Shown: positions 30,161-41,675, counted from the stretch's first letter. The stretch: DNA of 64,000 nt from Gammaproteobacteria bacterium (GCA_031363085.1 JANLTU010000036.1:3415-67414), one strand, 5' to 3'. Program-made: numbers and translations. Notes: a model not told the origin generated them from the letters alone.

Positions 30161-30997
30161 ATGTCGCTAAAAAATGTATTTGAAAACTGGTCGACCTACC
30201 GCAAGGGTGCCGAAGAGGGTGGTTATCACACCTACGAGCACCGCTGGACCATGGCGGTCAATCTGGATTTATGCATCGGTTGCAATGCGTGTTCCACCGC
30301 GTGTTATGCGGAGAACAATCTCGCGGTGGTGGGCGAGAAACGCTTTGCCAAAGGGCAGGCAATGCACTGGATGCGCATCGAGCGTTACTGGGATGAGGAA
30401 GGCAAGGATCATCCCGAGAATGGCGCGTCGTTCTTGCCAATGATGTGTCAGCAGTGCGGCGCGGCCACCTGCGAACCGGTCTGCCCGGTCGCTGCCACTT
30501 ACCACACGCCGGACGGCTTGAATGCGCAGGTCTATAACCGTTGCATCGGTTCGCGTTATTGCTCCAATAACTGTCCGTTCCGTGTGCGTTACTTTAACTT
30601 CTATTCCTACTATGAAACGTCGTGGCCCGAGCCGTTGAACTTGCAGCTCAATCCCGACCTCACCGTGCGCGATAAGGGCGTGATGGAAAAGTGCACGTTC
30701 TGTGTGCAGCGCATTCGCGTGGCGAAAGATAAAGCCAAAATGGAAAACCGCAAACTGCAAGAAGGTGAATTTACCACTGCTTGCGCGCAAGCCTGTCCGA
30801 CCACGGCCATTGTGTTCGGCGACACCATGAACCCGGACAGCAAAGTGGGCAAGTTGTGGCAGCAGCACCAGGTCAAGCGTCATGTATACAAGCAAACCAA
30901 GGAAGATCCGCAGTTGCGCGGCTATCGAATTTTTGAAGAACTGAACGTGGATCCGTCAGTGATGTATTTGGATCGAGTGCGTGATACCACGATTTAA
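30161..30997 (+). CDS. actB2: ACIII iron-sulfur subunit ActB2 (4Fe-4S ferredoxin-type)
   Basis: Four Cys clusters: CIGCNACSTAC, CQQCGAATCEPVCP, CIGSRYCSNNCP and CTFCVQR. Confidence 0.85.
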   Translation: MSLKNVFENWSTYRKGAEEGGYHTYEHRWTMAVNLDLCIGCNACSTACYAENNLAVVGEKRFAKGQAMHWMRIERYWDEEGKDHPENGASFLPMMCQQCGAATCEPVCPVAATYHTPDGLNAQVYNRCIGSRYCSNNCPFRVRYFNFYSYYETSWPEPLNLQLNPDLTVRDKGVMEKCTFCVQRIRVAKDKAKMENRKLQEGEFTTACAQACPTTAIVFGDTMNPDSKVGKLWQQHQVKRHVYKQTKEDPQLRGYRIFEELNVDPSVMYLDRVRDTTI

Positions 30998-31035
30998 CAT
31001 CCGACCGTAAACCTATTGGACGTGGAAGAACCGGC

Positions 31036-32436
31036 ATGGTGATCGACAAAGATATTAACGAGCAAATCAAGTGGGCGCAGATTAATGCTGATGTACTGCG
31101 CTCCATGGAAAACCCGCGCAAGGCGTATTGGATCACGTTCTTCGTCTGCATCGCGATGGTCGCATGTGCAGTGGTGGCGGAGGTTTACCAATATCAAACC
31201 GGAATCGGGGTGACTAACCTCAATAATCCGCACATGTGGGGAATGTACATTTCCACCTTTGTGTTCTGGATCGGGATGAGTCACTCCGGTACCTTACTGT
31301 CGGCGATTCTGCATATTATTCACGCGGATTGGCGCAAACCGATTTACCGGTTTGCCGAAGCGATGACCACGTTCTCGTTATTGACCGCCGGGTTCTTCCC
31401 GCTGATCCACTTGGGACGCATCTGGAATTTTTACTGGGTGGTGCCTTATGTCAGCAGCCGTGGCATCTGGCCGAATTTCCGCTCACCGCTGTCATGGGAT
31501 GCGTTTGCCATTTCAACCTATCTTTCGGCGTCGATGTTGTTTCTGTTCATCGGCATGATTCCAGACTTGGCCATCTGCCGCGATAACGCCAAAGGCTTCA
31601 AGAAGAAGCTGTACGGAACCTTGTCGCTGGGTTGGGTCGGAAGTGACCGTCAATGGCGCCATTTCCGTAAAACATACTTGTTAATGGCGTGTTTCCTGAT
31701 TCCGTTGGCGGTGTCGGTGCATTCCATCGTGTCGTCCGACTTCGCGATGTCCATCATGCCCGGCTGGCACGTCACCTCGTTCCCACCGTACTTCGTGGCC
31801 GGTGCGTTGTACTCCGGTTGTGCGGCGATCATTACTTTGTTCATCATGCTGCGCTACTTCTTCCGTTTCGAGGAGTACATGACGCTTGCGATTATGGAGA
31901 AAACTTGCAAGCTGACCTTCGCAATCGCGATGGTGTGGACCTACTTGAACCTGATCGAATTCGCTGCAACGTGGTATGGCCATGATCCGTATGCGAAGGA
32001 AGTGTTGATCAGCAAAGCCATCGGCCCATATGCGTGGATTTTCTGGACCATGATTTTCTGCGGCTCGGTGGTGCCGTTTGCACTGGCGATCCAGAGTTGG
32101 CGTCGGCACATGCCCACGATGTTTGTAGTGTCGCTACTGCTGAATGTTTCCATGTACTTTGAACGCTGGATGATCGTGGCGCCGACCTTGTCGATGTCGA
32201 TGGAGCCGCATCAGTTCTACATCATGTACGCCAGTGTGGTGCAGTGGGCCATCGTGTTCGGCAGCTTTGGTTGGTTTGGGTTGCTGTTTCTGGTGTTCGT
32301 CAAAGTCTTCCCGTCGGTATCGATGTACGAGGTCAAGGAAATGGTCTTCCATCGTCGTCGCTTGATCAATGAGGAAGCTGAAGCGACGCACCATCGGCGC
32401 ACCGGCGATACGTCCGGCCTGACGCAACCGGCATAG
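31036..32436 (+). CDS. actC: ACIII quinol-oxidising membrane subunit ActC (NrfD/PsrC-like)
   Basis: 466-aa polytopic protein of the NrfD family. Confidence 0.85.
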   Translation: MVIDKDINEQIKWAQINADVLRSMENPRKAYWITFFVCIAMVACAVVAEVYQYQTGIGVTNLNNPHMWGMYISTFVFWIGMSHSGTLLSAILHIIHADWRKPIYRFAEAMTTFSLLTAGFFPLIHLGRIWNFYWVVPYVSSRGIWPNFRSPLSWDAFAISTYLSASMLFLFIGMIPDLAICRDNAKGFKKKLYGTLSLGWVGSDRQWRHFRKTYLLMACFLIPLAVSVHSIVSSDFAMSIMPGWHVTSFPPYFVAGALYSGCAAIITLFIMLRYFFRFEEYMTLAIMEKTCKLTFAIAMVWTYLNLIEFAATWYGHDPYAKEVLISKAIGPYAWIFWTMIFCGSVVPFALAIQSWRRHMPTMFVVSLLLNVSMYFERWMIVAPTLSMSMEPHQFYIMYASVVQWAIVFGSFGWFGLLFLVFVKVFPSVSMYEVKEMVFHRRRLINEEAEATHHRRTGDTSGLTQPA

Positions 32437-32449
32437 AGGAAGCAATGTG

Positions 32450-32977
32450 ATGAGAACGCATCGAGTAAAAGGCTTGTTTAACAATTTCGAGGAAGCGTTT
32501 GCGGCGGTGTCCGACTTGCGCCATTCGAAAGTGCCAGGAATCACCATTGACAACGTGACGTTGAACTCGCCGATTGAGCATCCCGAAATCGAAGAGGTGT
32601 TGGGCGAACGTCCGGCGCACATCCCCAAGTTCACCTTGGGTGGTGCCACCTTCGGTTTAGTTTTTGGCTTTTTATTTCTGGCCAGCGCCCAAGCTAATTT
32701 CTTGGTGCAGCCGCAGGGTGGCAAGCCGGTGATTCCGTTGCCGTCGAATTTCGTGCTGGTGTACGAAATGCTGATTTTCTTCGGTGTCTGGACCACCTTC
32801 TTTTCATTTTTGGGACTGTCCGGACTCTTTCAGAAACGTGGCACCCTCTACAGCGAGAAGGTCAGCCTCGACCAGATTGGCGTGATCGTGGAATTGCAAA
32901 AAGAGCAGCTTGAACCGTTGCGCAAGCTATTCCAGCAGCACAAGGTGCTCGAAATCAGAGAAGAGGAAATTCGATGA
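32450..32977 (+). CDS. actD: ACIII membrane subunit ActD (DUF3341-like)
   Basis: About 175 aa with two C-terminal TM helices. AGAGGA RBS upstream of the ATG at 32450. Confidence 0.75.
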   Translation: MRTHRVKGLFNNFEEAFAAVSDLRHSKVPGITIDNVTLNSPIEHPEIEEVLGERPAHIPKFTLGGATFGLVFGFLFLASAQANFLVQPQGGKPVIPLPSNFVLVYEMLIFFGVWTTFFSFLGLSGLFQKRGTLYSEKVSLDQIGVIVELQKEQLEPLRKLFQQHKVLEIREEEIR

Positions 32978-33525
32978 AACGCAGCGTATTAGCCGCGGGC
33001 ATGGCGTTGTTAGTCCCGACGTTGGCGTTCGCTTGGCCGTGGTCGCAGGACATGATGAATCAGCCGAACATCAAGCCGCAGGAAACCGACAAGAACGGCA
33101 AGTTATATCCATTCCCGAAGAATTCGGTGCCGATTCAGGGTATTCCGACCAAAGTAGCGAATCGCGATGAGGCCGGCAAATTGGTAAACCCGATTCCGCT
33201 GACCCCCGAGTCGTTGAAAACCGGCGAGCGCCTGTTCAAGATTATTTGCTCGGCGTGCCATGGCATGACAGGCAAGGCGGACAGCCCGGTCAGCCCCAAG
33301 ATCGGCGCCATCGATCTGACCAGCGAGTATGTGCAGAAGCAACTGACCGAAGGCTGGATCTGGGGCACCATTACTTTTGGCAGCGCCATCATGCCGGCTT
33401 ACGGCAAGCCCGGTGAAGGGGGTGGCTCGAATGATTTATCGGTGGAAGAACGTTGGCACGTGGTCAATTACGTGCGCAATGCGTTAACCAAGGCGTCGGC
33501 TCCGGCTGTGGCGCAGACGAAATAA
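32974..33525 (+). CDS. actE: ACIII monoheme cytochrome c subunit ActE
   Basis: Signal peptide plus a single CSACH heme-binding motif. Overlaps the actD stop. Confidence 0.8.
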   Translation: MKRSVLAAGMALLVPTLAFAWPWSQDMMNQPNIKPQETDKNGKLYPFPKNSVPIQGIPTKVANRDEAGKLVNPIPLTPESLKTGERLFKIICSACHGMTGKADSPVSPKIGAIDLTSEYVQKQLTEGWIWGTITFGSAIMPAYGKPGEGGGSNDLSVEERWHVVNYVRNALTKASAPAVAQTK

Positions 33526-33555
33526 CAAACAGATTTCCACGTAGGGGTGTAGCGC

Positions 33556-34614
33556 ATGGAGAACTTTGGTAGCTGGTCGGTATTGACGACTGACTTTTTG
33601 ATTATTCTTTATCTGGCGTTGGGCGGCGTGACACTCGCATCGATTCTGCATTTGGTGAATGGCGATTGGCGTTTCAAAGTGCGCTATTTCTCATGCTCGC
33701 TGGCGGTGCTGTTCCCGATAGCTTTCGTATTGCTATGTATTCTGCTCGCCAACGGAGACGCGACCTTTCAATGGTTGGCGCAAACGCATGGACATGGCGC
33801 CGAGGGGCACGGGGCTGAGGCTGAGCACCACCTCAATGCGTGGCATAATTATGGTTTTCTGGTCACGCGACAAATCGTTGGATTCCTGATTGTGGTCGGC
33901 TTATACGGCCTGTTCATCAAGTTGCAGCATGCCACCAGCGTAGATAAATCGCCGGTGGTCGCGCGTAAGTTTCGCAACATCGCATTGTTGATTCCATTTG
34001 CCTATGTGCTGTACGGCACCATGGTGGCGTGGGATTTCGAAATGACCATGATGCCGGGCTGGCATAGCCCGAGCTACGGCGTGTATCACTTCGTCAGCAA
34101 CTTCGGTGCGTTCCTGTCGTTTTTCATTATTTTTCTGTTTGTGCTCAATCGCAGCGGCAAACTCAAACAACAGTTTGACGACAAAATATTCAACTATCTT
34201 GCGCAGTTGATGTTGGGCTTCACTATCTTGTGGACGTATTTTTTCTTCACCCAGTATTTGATCATGTGGTACGGTCGCTTACCCGAAGAGATCACGCGCT
34301 TCGGCAATATGATGACCGGCTTGGCACCCATCTGGTGGACGTTCTTCACGCTGAAATTCCTGGTGCCGTTCCTGACCTTTGCGGTCTATACCCCCAACCG
34401 GCACAACCCACCCTTGATTGTTGCGGTGGCTTGCTGCGTCGTGGTCGGAACTTGGCTTGAACGTTACACCTGGATTTCAGGTTCGGTTGAACCCCAGTTT
34501 TATCATTTCCCGATGACGGCCGGTTTTGACTTTATTGTGACGGCGGGTTTGGCGGTGATTTGCTTTTTTGCGATCCGTTGGTCGCTACGCCGTTATGGCT
34601 TGATCAGTGCCTGA
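33556..34614 (+). CDS. actF: ACIII membrane subunit ActF (NrfD-like)
   Basis: 352-aa polytopic protein closing the act operon. Confidence 0.75.
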   Translation: MENFGSWSVLTTDFLIILYLALGGVTLASILHLVNGDWRFKVRYFSCSLAVLFPIAFVLLCILLANGDATFQWLAQTHGHGAEGHGAEAEHHLNAWHNYGFLVTRQIVGFLIVVGLYGLFIKLQHATSVDKSPVVARKFRNIALLIPFAYVLYGTMVAWDFEMTMMPGWHSPSYGVYHFVSNFGAFLSFFIIFLFVLNRSGKLKQQFDDKIFNYLAQLMLGFTILWTYFFFTQYLIMWYGRLPEEITRFGNMMTGLAPIWWTFFTLKFLVPFLTFAVYTPNRHNPPLIVAVACCVVVGTWLERYTWISGSVEPQFYHFPMTAGFDFIVTAGLAVICFFAIRWSLRRYGLISA

Positions 34615-34835
34615 TGGGCTTCGTATCAAAACTAAAAATCGGCCCGTCGGGCCGATTTTTTTATCTTCTATAGAAGCTGCGGTGAAGATCGGTTGTGCCG
34701 AACCAAAACATGCACTTGTTGATTTTATTGGTGTGAGTTTGATATCTAGGTGCCAACTCTGCCAGAATAGGCTCCTGAATTTGTTAGCCCTCCCCAGTTC
34801 ATTCAGATCCTCTTCTGACCTTGGAGTCGTGTAGC

Positions 34836-35459
34836 ATGGCACTCATTGCCAATCGTAAATCTGTAATGACATTGTTTACCGGCTTGACTGATGTCTATAG
34901 TCACCGTGTGCGGATCGTGCTCGCGGAAAAGGGAATTACAGCGGATCTCTATGAGGTGGAGCCCGGGAAATTACCCGACGATCTGCTCGAATTAAATCCC
35001 TACGCCACGGTCCCCACTCTGGTTGACCGCGATCTTGTCCTCTACGACGCGCAAGTCATTATGGAATATCTGGACGAGCGTTTCCCGCATCCGCCGCTGA
35101 TGCCGGTGGATCCGGTATCGCGTGCGCGTAGTCGCTTAAATGTGCGTCGCATCGAACGTGATTGGTGCCCCTTGGTCGAGAAGATTGCCAAGGCCAACAG
35201 CGCCACCGCCGATCAAGCACGTAAACAATTGCGCGATGCTCTTATGCTCGCGGCACCGCTGTTTGCGCAGAAACCGTTTTTTATGTCGGATGAATTTTCG
35301 ATTGTCGATTGTGCAATTATTCCGATTTTATGGCGTCTGCCTGTGTATGGTGTGGAGTTACCGGTGTCGGCTAAAGCAATCACCGATTATGCGAAGCGTG
35401 TTTTTGTGCGCGACACCGTTCGTAGCAGTTTGCTTGAGGCTGAAAAGGAGATGCGATAG
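34836..35459 (+). CDS. sspA: Stringent starvation protein A (GST-family RNAP-associated protein)
   Basis: Near-colinear with E. coli SspA (SVMTLFTG..DVYSHRVRIVLAEKG..MEYLDERFPHPPLMPV). Confidence 0.9.
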   Translation: MALIANRKSVMTLFTGLTDVYSHRVRIVLAEKGITADLYEVEPGKLPDDLLELNPYATVPTLVDRDLVLYDAQVIMEYLDERFPHPPLMPVDPVSRARSRLNVRRIERDWCPLVEKIAKANSATADQARKQLRDALMLAAPLFAQKPFFMSDEFSIVDCAIIPILWRLPVYGVELPVSAKAITDYAKRVFVRDTVRSSLLEAEKEMR

Positions 35460-35516
35460 CCGCGCGGTCGTTAATCGTTACGCTGTTGCCAACGTCTGAA
35501 TTATGCAGCCATATCC

Positions 35517-35900
35517 ATGACCTCAAGTCGACCCTATCTGATTCGCGCCTTGTTCGAGTGGATCATCGAGAACAAGTTTTCGCCTTATCTTCTGGTCAAT
35601 ACCAAGGTGCCGGATACGCAAGTACCGCAAGAGCACGTGGTTAACGAGAAAATTATTTTCAATATTAGCCCGCAGGCGGTAAAAGACTTACGCATCGGCA
35701 ACGACACCGTTGAATTTAACGGACGCTTCGGCGGAAAAGCACGTTTTATCAGTATTCCGGTGCGTGCGGTGTTGGCGATCTACGCCAAGGAAAATGGGCG
35801 CGGCATGGTGTTTAACGACGAAGAAGACGAGAACACCCCCCCGGCTACCCCGGCTGGAACTTCAGCCGCTGCCAAGTCCAAATTAAAATTGGTCAAATAG
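35517..35900 (+). CDS. sspB: Stringent starvation protein B (ClpXP specificity adaptor)
   Basis: N-terminus RPYLIRALFEWIIEN plus an acidic C-terminal tail, downstream of sspA. Confidence 0.9.
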   Translation: MTSSRPYLIRALFEWIIENKFSPYLLVNTKVPDTQVPQEHVVNEKIIFNISPQAVKDLRIGNDTVEFNGRFGGKARFISIPVRAVLAIYAKENGRGMVFNDEEDENTPPATPAGTSAAAKSKLKLVK

Positions 35901-35936
35901 TTCCCGCCCTTTCTCCAATGGTTACCAAACCATAAC

Positions 35937-37868
35937 CTATGGCGCAGGTGGCGATGTTTGACTTTTTTCTAGCCAGGCGACGAATTCTTTAAACGGCAGC
36001 GGTGGGCACAGATGATTGCCTTGTGCCGCGTCGCAACCGAAGTTTCGAAGTTGTTCCAGATGTGCTTCGAGTTCGACGCCTTCCGCGACCACGTGCAAGC
36101 CCAGATCATGCGCCAGCCCGACAATGGTGCGCACAATGGCTGCATCGTTTTCATCACGGTGCATCTGTAGCACAAACGATTTGTCGATTTTCAGCTCATC
36201 GACGGGTAGTTGTTTCAAGTAGCTCAGCGATGAGTAACCGGTACCGAAGTCATCAATCGACAGTTGTAAACCAAACGTATCCAGTTGGCTCAAAAGTTCT
36301 TTGCTGCGTGCCGGATTAGACATCATCGCGCTTTCGGTGATTTCCAGTTCAAGCCGCTGCGGCGGTACCGACCACAGCGCGAGGAGCCCGCGAATATTGC
36401 GATCAAAATCAGTCTCAATCAGGTTGTACATGGAAATGTTTACCGACAACGTCAGCTCGAACCCGAGCTGCTGAAGTTGTGCGCAATAATCCAAGGTGTT
36501 GTTAACCACCCACTGCGTGAGCGGCTGTATGAGGCCGGTTTGTTCGGCCACCGGAATGAATTGTCCGGGTGGTATCTGCCCTTGGTGCGGATGATTCCAG
36601 CGCAGTAAAACTTCCGCCGAACGGATGCTTCCGTCCGCAAGGTGGATCTTGGGTTGAAAAAACAATTCGAACTGATTTTGATTGATGGCAGTGTGAATGT
36701 CGTTAACCAGAGCAAGATGTTTTATTGAGTATTCATCGTGCTTCTTGTTGTAGACGATGACGTCGGTATTGGCTTTTTTTGCAACACGCAAAGCGATTTC
36801 CGCATGCTGCATCAGGGCCTGTTCGTCCTCGCCGTGTTGTGGATACAGCGCAATACCAAGATTGCCGCGTACGAACAGATGGTGCTCGCCGATATCGAAA
36901 TTTTCCTGCAAGCCGCTCATGATTTTTTGCGCCACCTGCAACACTTGAGTTTCATCGACATTGTTCAGCAGCAACAAAAACTGATCGGCGCTGATGCGGG
37001 CAATCGTGTCCGACTCACGCACCGATTTTTTCAAACGCTGCCCGACCAGCCGCAACATCTGATCGCCGCGTTCTGAGCCGAGCAATCCGTTGATATTGCT
37101 GAAACGGTCAAGGTTGACATGACATACCGCCAAGGTTTGGCCGTTGCGCCGCCCATGCTGAATTTGCTGGCGCACGCGGTCGATGAACAAGCTGCGATTG
37201 GGCAATCCGGTCAAGCTGTCATGGAGCGACTGGGTTTGTAGCGCGAGGTTCATGGCGCGGGTCTTTTCAATGAGCGCGCCAAATTGAAGCCCAAAGCCGC
37301 TGCACACCACCACGATGACGGCCAGGATCAACAACAACACGCTGTTCGCCAGCCACGCCAAGCGTTCGGCTTGGCTGGGCTCGGCAGCATAAATCAACGC
37401 CAGCGAATACGAAGTGCCGGTGACGGGAGTGGTTGACCAAACATAGGGAATGTCGTCGACATCGGCGTGTCCTTCGCTGCTGTCTAGCGCCTTGACACCG
37501 AGGTGCTGCACCAGGGCGCTGGCGCGATCAAGCGTGAGAGTAGGCGGACCGACTGCGATCACACGCTCGGATTTATCCAGCAATATCGCCCACAGACGTG
37601 TTGCACCAAGGTTAGCAACCGCAGCCTGCAATTGCGCAAAAGACTCAGGTCGCGTGTAATACGCAGGCAGGTCACTGGAAAATTTTTTGGCGTACTGGGT
37701 CAGCAGGGTCGCATCGCGGTGATACTCGCCGTTAGACGTCAAGCGTGCGACTCCATATTCGAGCAGCAGCGCCACGATTAATCCGCCGGTGGCGAATAAT
37801 AGTGCGAACTTGAATTTAACATTCATGAGTATCAGCGCCACAGCCGCTTCGCGCCGGCTGCGGCGCAT
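35937..37868 (-). CDS. Membrane sensor with degenerate GGDEF and intact EAL domain (likely c-di-GMP phosphodiesterase)
   Basis: The GGDEF position reads RISADQF (degenerate), while EAL motifs are intact (ELEITES, DDFGTGYSSLSYL). Two N-terminal TM segments flank a periplasmic region. Confidence 0.8.
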   Translation of the reverse strand: MRRSRREAAVALILMNVKFKFALLFATGGLIVALLLEYGVARLTSNGEYHRDATLLTQYAKKFSSDLPAYYTRPESFAQLQAAVANLGATRLWAILLDKSERVIAVGPPTLTLDRASALVQHLGVKALDSSEGHADVDDIPYVWSTTPVTGTSYSLALIYAAEPSQAERLAWLANSVLLLILAVIVVVCSGFGLQFGALIEKTRAMNLALQTQSLHDSLTGLPNRSLFIDRVRQQIQHGRRNGQTLAVCHVNLDRFSNINGLLGSERGDQMLRLVGQRLKKSVRESDTIARISADQFLLLLNNVDETQVLQVAQKIMSGLQENFDIGEHHLFVRGNLGIALYPQHGEDEQALMQHAEIALRVAKKANTDVIVYNKKHDEYSIKHLALVNDIHTAINQNQFELFFQPKIHLADGSIRSAEVLLRWNHPHQGQIPPGQFIPVAEQTGLIQPLTQWVVNNTLDYCAQLQQLGFELTLSVNISMYNLIETDFDRNIRGLLALWSVPPQRLELEITESAMMSNPARSKELLSQLDTFGLQLSIDDFGTGYSSLSYLKQLPVDELKIDKSFVLQMHRDENDAAIVRTIVGLAHDLGLHVVAEGVELEAHLEQLRNFGCDAAQGNHLCPPLPFKEFVAWLEKSQTSPPAP

Positions 37869-38089
37869 CGGTATTTCGTGCAAGGTCTAACGGTAAACTG
37901 TGTTAAAGCTTGAGCGAGCACGTAATGCAACGTGCTCAATAGCACTGCTGCACATTGAAGTTAGAGAGTTGATGCGCGACTGATCACGATTTTTCTTCTT
38001 CATAACTGTTGGATGGCTTTATATACTCAACCCCACGCGCGGTTGCCGATTCACGGCAGCCGCCCTAACTAAAGCGGTCTAGGTTTATC

Positions 38090-40993
38090 ATGGCGAGCTT
38101 ACGGACAATTAGCTTGATTGCGGCAGGGACGGCACTACTGATTGCCGCCTGTACCCCAGTGCAACAAAAAGATTCCAAAACCCTGAAAGCCTTGGAAGAC
38201 AAGGCCAATCAGATCGTCATTGAAAAAGATTCGGCCATCGACCACGCACGCGAAAAAGCGATGGGCATTTACAAGGAATTTGAAAAAGGCGAGTCGAACA
38301 AGTCCTTGCGTTCCGAGGCGCAGCGGCGTCTGGCCGATCTAGAACTGGAACAGAGTGACGAGGTGTACTCGGAACAACCCACAAACACCGAGCGTGGCAA
38401 GGATAGGGATGTCACGGCCGATGCCGATGCCGTGCGTGAGCAAAAAAGTCGCAGCGCCATTCGCATCTACGAGAACTTGCTCGCCACCTCCAAAGATTCT
38501 GCGAATACTGACAAGATCATGTACCAGCTTGCCAAGGCTTACGAAAATGCCGGCGAGCCACTTAAAGCGGCCAAGACGCTGGACGATATCGCGGTTAAAT
38601 ATCCCAATGTCGCGTATGCGGGCGAATTGCATTTTCGGCGCGGCGAATTGCATTTTTTGCTGAATAGCTTCAAAGCGGCCGAGAGTGCGTATGCCAAGGT
38701 TTTGGAGTTGGGGGAGTTTTCGCTGTATTACGAGAAGGCGTTGTACAAGCAAGGCTGGACTTTATTCAAGCTCGAAAAATACGACGCCTCGCTGAATGCA
38801 TTTTTTCACTTGCTGGATCGTAAGCTGGTCGACGTAAAAGAAACCACCGAGGGCAGCGAGTATTTCGGGCCGGTCGCGAAAGGCAAAGAAAAAAATGTCG
38901 CGCTACCTTCCGATGTGAGCCGCGGCGAAAAAGAATTAATTGGCGATACCTTCCGCGTCATCAATCTCAGTCTGGGGTACCTGGACGGTGCCAACACCGT
39001 AAAGGCATATTTTGATAAAAACGGCCATCGTCCGTATGAACATCTGATTTACGAACAATTGGGTGGTTTTTACTCGAAACAAGAACGTGTTCGTGATGCA
39101 GCGGATACTTACCTGACGTTTGCCCGAAATAATCCTGCGCATCCGCGTGCACCGCTATTTTATGTCAAGATCATGGAAGCCTACCAACGCGGCGGATTTG
39201 CGGGACCGCTGTTGGATACCAAAAAAGCGTTTGTCGAAGTTTACGGATTGAACGGCCCCTATTGGAGCAAGTACGACGAAGCCGCACAGACGCGGATTTT
39301 CCCGTATCTGAAAGCGAACATGGAAGAAATCGCGCGTCACTATCACTCGCTTGCGCAGAAAAGTAAGAAAAGCCAAGACTACGACAATGCCGTTGATGCC
39401 TATCGTGCTTACATGAAGGCTTTTCCGAAAGAGGAAAAAACCGCGTTAATGAATTTCCGCTTGGCCGAGGTGTTATTCGAAGCCAAGCGTTACGAGGATG
39501 CGATCAAAGAATACGAAACGACCGCGTATCAGTATCGTAATTTTGATCGAGGCGCCGAAGCCGCGTATGCTGCCTTGCTCGCGTATGCTGAGCGCGAGAA
39601 GCAATTGCAGGGCAAGGATCAGGACAATGTGCGTAGTCGTGCCATCGGCAGCGCAGTACGTTTTGGCAAGATTTACCCGAACGATACCCGCGCCCCGGTC
39701 GTGTTGACAAAAATCGCCGAAGATTTGTTTGCGGTGAAGAAGTACGATCAGGCGGCGGAAGTGGCGCGGCAGGTGCTGGAGGTGAAGCCGGTTGCGTCCG
39801 CCGAGCAACGCCTGACCGCGTGGACCATTGTTGCAAACGCATCGCTGGAAAAAGGCGATTACTCCCAGGCCGAGGCTTCATATAAGGTGGCATTAAGTTT
39901 GGCGCCGCAGTCTTCTCCGCACCGCGACGATTTGGTGAATGGTATGGCCGCGGCGATTTACAAACAGGGCGAGCTATTGCGTAAAGGTGGTGATTTGCGT
40001 GCCGCGATTGCACAATTTTCGCGGGTAAAAGACGTTGCGCCCGGCACGACCATCAGCACCACCGCCAGTTACGATATCGCGGTCAGCCAATTGAATGCGA
40101 AAAACTGGGCGGCCGCTGTCGCCGAATTTGAGATTTTTCGTAATAGTCACCCGAACCATGAGCTCGTCCCAGATGCGACACAAAATATTGTCGTTGCATC
40201 TATCGAACTGCAAAAATTTGATAAGGCGGCGGATGAGTTGACGCGCTTGCTGGAATACAAGACCGACCCGGAGTTCAAGCGCCAAGGCGTGTTACAAATA
40301 GCGAGTCTTTATGAGAAGGCCGGTAAGACCGATAAATGGCTTACCGCAACCAAGCGTTATGTTGCGCTGTTCCCGAATCCGATCGATCCGGCAGTCGAAG
40401 CGCGTCAGAAGCTGGCGGATTACTACGGTAAAATCGAGCAGAAAGAAGATCGTCAGAATTGGTTGCGAGAAATAGTCAAGATCGATCAAGCCGCAGGCAG
40501 CGCACGTAGCGATCAAACCCGCGTGTTTGCTGCCAAAGCAACCTACGAATTAGCGCAGCCGATCTTCGAGGCGTATCGCGACGTGCGCTTGGTGGAGCCG
40601 TTAAAAGTGAATCTGAAAAAGAAAAAGGAAAAAATGCAGGTGGCTTTGGGCGCATACAAAAATGCTGCGGACTACGGTGTTGCCGAGGTGACGACCGCGT
40701 CAACATTCCAGATCGGCGAAATTTACCGTGACTTGGCCAAGCAATTAATCGAGTCACAGCGGCCGCCGGGTCTGTCGCCTGAAGAGCTGGAACAATATGG
40801 TATGTTGCTCGAAGAGCAAGCATTCCCGTTTGAGGAAAAAGCCATCGAAATACATGAAACCAATGTCAAGCGGGTAAGTGACGGCCTCTATGATCAATGG
40901 GTACGTAACAGCTTCAGCGTGCTGACCAAGCTGTTGCCGGTCCGCTATGCAAAAACCGAACGAGTTGAAGCGATTGCTAATGTCACTCCGTAG
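38090..40993 (+). CDS. Large TPR-repeat lipoprotein (967 aa)
   Basis: Lipobox LIAAC and many TPR-like helical repeats throughout. Confidence 0.75.
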   Translation: MASLRTISLIAAGTALLIAACTPVQQKDSKTLKALEDKANQIVIEKDSAIDHAREKAMGIYKEFEKGESNKSLRSEAQRRLADLELEQSDEVYSEQPTNTERGKDRDVTADADAVREQKSRSAIRIYENLLATSKDSANTDKIMYQLAKAYENAGEPLKAAKTLDDIAVKYPNVAYAGELHFRRGELHFLLNSFKAAESAYAKVLELGEFSLYYEKALYKQGWTLFKLEKYDASLNAFFHLLDRKLVDVKETTEGSEYFGPVAKGKEKNVALPSDVSRGEKELIGDTFRVINLSLGYLDGANTVKAYFDKNGHRPYEHLIYEQLGGFYSKQERVRDAADTYLTFARNNPAHPRAPLFYVKIMEAYQRGGFAGPLLDTKKAFVEVYGLNGPYWSKYDEAAQTRIFPYLKANMEEIARHYHSLAQKSKKSQDYDNAVDAYRAYMKAFPKEEKTALMNFRLAEVLFEAKRYEDAIKEYETTAYQYRNFDRGAEAAYAALLAYAEREKQLQGKDQDNVRSRAIGSAVRFGKIYPNDTRAPVVLTKIAEDLFAVKKYDQAAEVARQVLEVKPVASAEQRLTAWTIVANASLEKGDYSQAEASYKVALSLAPQSSPHRDDLVNGMAAAIYKQGELLRKGGDLRAAIAQFSRVKDVAPGTTISTTASYDIAVSQLNAKNWAAAVAEFEIFRNSHPNHELVPDATQNIVVASIELQKFDKAADELTRLLEYKTDPEFKRQGVLQIASLYEKAGKTDKWLTATKRYVALFPNPIDPAVEARQKLADYYGKIEQKEDRQNWLREIVKIDQAAGSARSDQTRVFAAKATYELAQPIFEAYRDVRLVEPLKVNLKKKKEKMQVALGAYKNAADYGVAEVTTASTFQIGEIYRDLAKQLIESQRPPGLSPEELEQYGMLLEEQAFPFEEKAIEIHETNVKRVSDGLYDQWVRNSFSVLTKLLPVRYAKTERVEAIANVTP

Positions 40994-41675
40994 TCGATTT
41001 TGGATAGTTGGTGTGGCGGTAACGGTGAGCGTGCTCAATGGCTGCGACACGACCAGCGTCATTCCCGATGCACGTACACCGAGCACGCCACCGCCAGTGG
41101 TCGCGTCACCGAGCAAGCCGCCGGTCGCACCGGTGCCGACGGTCGCGGCACCGGCAGCCCCAGAAGCAGTTCCGGCGTCGGCAGGATCGCAACTGGATCC
41201 ACAGACTCAAAAGAACTATCAAGCCGCGCTTGCGGCGATGCAAAATAATCAGGATGCGAGCGCCGAGGCGTCGCTGACCACCGTGCTCAAAGCACATCCT
41301 GAATTTGTCGAGGCCCGTGCCAATCTGGGGATCGTGTTATTTCGTTTGGCACGTTATGCACGTGCAGAAGAAGAATTGAAGCGCGTAATCGTTGATGATC
41401 CAAACAATGTGCTGGCGTACAACTATCTTGGAATTGTGTACCGCATCAACGGCCAGTTTTCGCAGTCCAAGACCATGTACATGCAAGCGCTGAGCATCAA
41501 TGCCAACTACGCCAACGCGCAGTTAAACTTGGGAATACTATACGACCTGTATTTACGCGACTTGCCGAAAGCCCTGGAGAGTTACCAGCGCTATCAAAAG
41601 CTGTTACCGCAAGAAGACAAAGAGGTCGTCAAGTGGATTGCTGATTTAAAGCGCCGTATCGAGAGCGGCAAGTAA
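40980..41675 (+). CDS. TPR-repeat lipoprotein (~230 aa) with Pro/Ala-rich linker
   Basis: Signal peptide with a Cys (LNGC), a [17 protein letters not shown] linker and ~4 TPR repeats. The start is either 40947 or 40980, overlapping the upstream gene. Confidence 0.7.
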   Translation: MSLRSRFWIVGVAVTVSVLNGCDTTSVIPDARTPSTPPPVVASPSKPPVAPVPTVAAPAAPEAVPASAGSQLDPQTQKNYQAALAAMQNNQDASAEASLTTVLKAHPEFVEARANLGIVLFRLARYARAEEELKRVIVDDPNNVLAYNYLGIVYRINGQFSQSKTMYMQALSINANYANAQLNLGILYDLYLRDLPKALESYQRYQKLLPQEDKEVVKWIADLKRRIESGK

